Notes under the pieces: generated by a model
The model's database searches: none
Seen by the model: only the letters and a program-made list of their open reading frames with translations
Told to the model about the DNA's origin: nothing
In this document: one piece after another, positions 59,571 to 64,000 of the stretch
Layout of the letters: each line of letters starts with the position of its first letter
Position numbering within the stretch: position 1 is the stretch's first letter
From: Nemertoderma westbladi
Taxonomy: Eukaryota > Animalia > Xenacoelomorpha
NCBI GenBank assembly: GCA_032718475.1
Contig: JAUCBJ010009072.1
Span: 26,606-90,605 of the forward strand
Length of the DNA: 64,000 nt
Direction of reading: 5' to 3'
Program-made: the position numbers and the translations under genes

Positions 59571-62500
59571 TGTTACGGTATATGGCGCTGTATCCACATT
59601 ATTAGTCATTATGCAGTATGCAATATTAGTCCGTTATGCAGTATGCAATATTAGTCCGTTATACTGTACGTAATATTAGTCCGTTGTGCAGCATAATATT
59701 TTAGATAAGGCATAATAACGCAGTGGTATTTAGATAGGGAAATCGAAACACCCATATATTTGAATCCATCCATTTTGTATAATATGTAGCCCTACCTACG
59801 TAATTTTGTATTAGAGGATATATGTAGATAGTTCCAGGGTAGCAAGTTTATTCGGACCCTGGATTTTGTGCTTGCTGATATTAGCATCAATAGGGCTAGC
59901 ATATAGGGACGCTGTCCTGGCCATTCAGCAGCCAGGGACGTGAACCATTACCATATATGGTAATAATTCGAGGTTTGGGCAGGCAATAGGACTACAATCC
60001 GGCCTCCTTATTGGACTAACTGCTTCCAGGTTGGTCTAATGCTAGCACGGACTGGAGAGCCAATAGGAGAGCGATTGAGTCACCCTATTGCATCACCCCA
60101 TCCGGATCACCTATAAATTGGCGGTGTGCCGGTAGAGCCTTACTGTTATCCCTCACATGATCTGCTATCACCTTTGTACTTGCTGAGCTGTCTCTATTCA
60201 TTTTTGACGGATTTTAGAGTATTTCTGCAATTTGATTAATTTCTTGGAATGATTTGCTAGTGCGATTACTCTTGATTGTGTTTCTCAATTAATTCCTTCG
60301 ATTACTGCTAATTACAACTGAACTATGATTTCTACCTTTTGATTAATGGTTCTATGTGATTCCTTTCTGCGCAATAATCCTAAGGGATTTCTGAGACTGT
60401 CAGACTTTGTGATTTGCATGCGCCGCTACGGTAGCTATTAGCATAATGGAGGGCTAAGGTGCCAGTAGGCGGTGGGCACATCGGGGGGTTGGGCGACTAA
60501 GGGAGAGCGGAGGATTCAAAGGCGGGCAACGCTGGCGGGGGTCAACGTTGTGGTCGGGCAATTTGGACTGTAGGTTGGAGACCGCTCGCCGGTACAGTAA
60601 TTAGGGGGCTGATGATCCAAGGTTTTGTCTCTATTTAGTATTAGGGGGCAGGAATTGGGTTAGTTAGGAAGCCTAGATGTACCCGGGAGGGGCCTGCATA
60701 CCTCACAGTAAGTAGGTAAGTACGTAAGTAAGTTGCGAATTATATAATTGCAGATTGTATAATTGCAAGTCGTGCTATTGTGATCCGTGATTGCTGACTC
60801 TGATTGATGTGTTACTAAAGTGTGCCTAAGATTACGAATGCTTAGATAGGCGCTCTTTTCCCTTTGATTGATTTCTATCTCTTAGTTTACTGTAAATAAT
60901 TACTGATTAGGTCAAAGTAATACAGTATTTTAGGCTGTTACATATTTGTGACTGTAATTAATTAGTAAAATTAAGAATTAGTACGCAGCATAGCGGAGAG
61001 TAGCTAAGGTAATAATTAGAGTACCGTAAACTATTCACGCTGAGCGGTTATTTGAATTAGCGGGCAATAAACTAGATCGCAATAGTTAGTACGCAAGACA
61101 CTAGTGAATTGCTGGTCTAAAGCCAGCTGCAGGCAAGTTTAGACCCAGAGCGGTATCACCCACGAAAGACATTGTACTGTACCAATTTTGATTTATTTAA
61201 ATATTCTCGCATTCACACATTTCGTTAGGGAACCCTCCGTATTCGCGATTAGAAAAGACGTAGGCATTAGCGTACTTCAACAGTAGTAAAATTAGGCGTA
61301 AGAATATACTCTGAGTGCAAAGCCCCTCGCACTCGTCTTAAGTAAGCTTAGGGAGCCGACTCGGGTTTATTGTTTTGGTTATTCCCGCATGGCTCATAGA
61401 TTCGAACAGTTAGCTCTCTATCGAGCGATCGGTAGAGAAAGGAACAAGCGATTTTGCAGGAGCTGTGTAAATTTAGTAAAATATATTAGCGGACGGCAGA
61501 TTAGCGCCATCCAACGGTAAGTAGCGGTTTTGTATTTAGCAACCCTTACAATTTAGTAATAGCACGCTCCTGATCCCCTTTACTTAACAGTAGAGCAGTC
61601 TTTGTGTCTTATTGGTTAGGCGAGAGCTCATTAGGTTGGCAGAGAGGTATACGGGTATTTGTCTGTTCAACAGTTCTGCTGTTAGTATAGGTGTCGCGGT
61701 TGTTTAACAGTGAGGTATGTTTTGTTTGCTGTGGGCTGTAGCGTACAGTAGAACATTGAGTATATTCTTTTAGGCTGTTAGTTTAGATTACTGTATTCAC
61801 TGGCTGCGTACAATAGTACAGTAGTACATTAGGCTGATTGTTGTTACTGCGTACGGTAGAAGGGACATTTGTTTTGCCGTACCACATACAGTATCATTAG
61901 GCTGTTAGGTTGGTGTACTGTTTTACTTACTGTACTGCATACAGTGGATGTACGGTAGTGCGTTTTGCTAATTGCGAATACAGCAGTTCCTTAGGCCTTA
62001 GGGCAAATTGTAATTAGTAAGTTTTTTGAAATTTTTAGCTAGGTTTGCGAGAATTCAGTTTCGGTCAAAATTATTTTGTAAAATTCTAGAGTTTTGTACC
62101 GGTATGTTAGGTAACCGCTTAGTTATTTTATACCATCTGGAGATACATGGCAAGATGGAACTTCTGAGTTTGGGGTTCGTGTGGGTCTGCGGGTTCGGTT
62201 TGCAATCAGCGAAGGGCCTGAATCTTTGGACGCGGACGTGGAATCTCACAGCAAACAAGGTTAGTTGTTCTGTTGGCACCAGTGTGTTTGTGGAAGCAGT
62301 AAAAAATTATCGGTTGTTTAACTGCGAAGCTGAACTCAATTTATTAGTTAGGATATTTAGGTTTAGCCGGCCATGGTTTTTTGAATCGCTCAAGTTAGAG
62401 AGAGAGTTAGAGAGAGTCGCAACCCGAAGATGTAGCCACGCGCTAGTGGATACATATAATATTTGAAATTAAAATTACGTTGATTAGAGCTATATATATA

Positions 62501-64000
62501 AAATTAGAAATATTCGGGCGGCAAGTATATTTTGAATATTTTGTATTAGATTCAAAAGTTATTTTGTGCTATACCGGTATTTAATACTATATAGTAGCTA
62601 TATAATAATATTTTTGTTTAAATATTGTGTTAGTATTTGCTATAACTATATACCCCATTAAATTCACAATATTGCATTGCGAATTTATTTGACATTTGGA
62701 CCAACTGATTATTTGACAAATAATTTGACCGTATTTCGGTTAAATTATAATTATATCTCGAACTTTGCGAGATTTTTGCCGGAAGGCAAACATTATTTAG
62801 ACTATGAGTGTCTCAGACAAAGAGGCACTAGAGGACAGCTATGAGACGGCGGCCGGACCGCCGACTGACGATAGCGTAAATATTACTGTTGATGACAATG
62901 CCGACTATGACGACGCAGCGAGCGACGCTGACGTAAGTGAACAGGAGGACGAGACAGTGACTAGTGAGGAAGAACAACAACCTCAAGTAATAGTATTAGG
63001 ATCCCCTACCGCTACTGTAAGGAAGGACTGCACAGCAGCCCGGACAGAGGTGAGTGATAGGGAGGATAGTGTAGCAGAAGCGAGAGCCCGGAGCCCGGTT
63101 TCCAGACCTGTGGGTATGGTAAGTGCCGTGGTCCCGACGGCTGTAAGGAGTACCCGTAGTTCCCGAAATAATCCTTCAAGTCCACCGAGTGTGAGTCAGG
63201 TAAGCGAGAGAGAACTTGATATCGCGATAAAGAAGAAACTTCGCGCGCATGCCGGACATATAACTCGGACGACGGACAAGGTAAGGAAGATGTTAGCTGA
63301 TTCAGCGAACATCGGGAGGGTAGAGTTAGTAGAGATTAGAAGAGGATATAACTCAGCGTTATTCAAGCAGACGGAGGAGCTTGCAGTCCTAGCGAAGAAG
63401 GCAGTAGAGTCTCAGTCGAGCGATGTGGCGACGAGGATTTACGACAGGGTTTTAGCAGCCTTGTTGGAGCACCGCGAGTTATCGGAGCGATTCCGACGAG
63501 TTAGGACGGAGAACTGGCTGCTATGGGCATCACAAGCGCAGGCGACTCAAGTGAGTGACGCAGAGTTGAGAGAGTTAGTGGAGCGAGAAGAGATCCAAGA
63601 TAAAGAAGAGCGCCGGTATCAAAGGGAAGTTACTAGCTGGCTGATGCAGAATGGAGTGGTGGTGCCGGGCCAGGTGCTACCGACGACGGAGAACATCCAA
63701 CAGAGGACGTTGACTCCACCCGACGATGCATCCAGAGACAGCGGCGATTCCCAGGTTAGTCACGCGCGAGGGAAGGTTATATGTGCTAGATCCCTTGTTT
63801 CTCACAACTCGGCGGAGGAGAGAAGACGCCGACTAGACGAACAGCAGGCGGAAGTTTTGCGTGCACAGGAAGCACGGAAGGAAGCCGAGCGGGAACGGGA
63901 GCGCACACGTAAGTTAGACGCAAAGTTGCGAGAGTTGGAAGAAAAAGGTAAGCGTGAGCAAGCGGAACGCGAACAGGAAGAACGCGAACTCCAACTTCAA
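59571..64000 (+). mobile_element. Second LTR retrotransposon (probably BEL/Pao), 5' portion only
   Basis: Abrupt TGTTACGG start interrupting a dispersed repeat; possible LTR end CCCTTACA at about 61550; long leader followed by a Gag-like ORF. Confidence 0.6.
62804..64000 (+). CDS. Gag-like ORF, N-terminal 399 codons, apparently open to the window end
   Basis: MSVSDKEALEDSYE...; acidic/Ser-rich region, then KKLRAHAGHITR (Pao Gag N-terminal-like) and a coiled coil. Probably missing from the ORF track because it has no stop within the window. Confidence 0.7.
   Translation, partial: MSVSDKEALEDSYETAAGPPTDDSVNITVDDNADYDDAASDADVSEQEDETVTSEEEQQPQVIVLGSPTATVRKDCTAARTEVSDREDSVAEARARSPVSRPVGMVSAVVPTAVRSTRSSRNNPSSPPSVSQVSERELDIAIKKKLRAHAGHITRTTDKVRKMLADSANIGRVELVEIRRGYNSALFKQTEELAVLAKKAVESQSSDVATRIYDRVLAALLEHRELSERFRRVRTENWLLWASQAQATQVSDAELRELVEREEIQDKEERRYQREVTSWLMQNGVVVPGQVLPTTENIQQRTLTPPDDASRDSGDSQVSHARGKVICARSLVSHNSAEERRRRLDEQQAEVLRAQEARKEAERERERTRKLDAKLRELEEKGKREQAEREQEERELQLQ

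Overview
This is AT-rich, repeat-dense DNA from an invertebrate animal, not a prokaryote. The left half (about 1-34100) holds a minus-strand, multi-exon gene that the ORF track fragments. I assembled 13-14 phase-compatible GT-AG exons by eye. They encode a SLAIN-family-like microtubule plus-end protein (WLFVSP...SPYQYIRQDLDNPTP...LLKLDE, RRSLP, SGIP). Its introns carry large satellites, an IS3EU-like MITE, tRNA-derived SINEs and an intronless, frameshifted aldo-keto reductase on the opposite strand. One 5.9-kb satellite is an approximately 117-fold amplification of an exon 3' end plus its GTGAGT splice donor, and a second satellite also starts inside an exon. About 210 bp upstream of the putative ATG lies a 17.8-kb nest of transposons: a TA-flanked TIR element containing a 4-kb foldback element and an 11.8-kb BEL/Pao LTR element. 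The BEL/Pao element has apparently identical 1249-bp LTRs and a TATTA TSD. It encodes intact Gag-protease but no RT or integrase. At the env position it has a zinc-knuckle, Arg-rich ORF preceded by a long hairpin. The right end holds a MULE relic, a 52-bp satellite, an RTE-X-like LINE fused to an RCC1 repeat, tRNA-Pro(TGG), a CRE-type LINE relic and the 5' part of a second BEL/Pao-like element. All calls are from reading the sequence; no searches were run.
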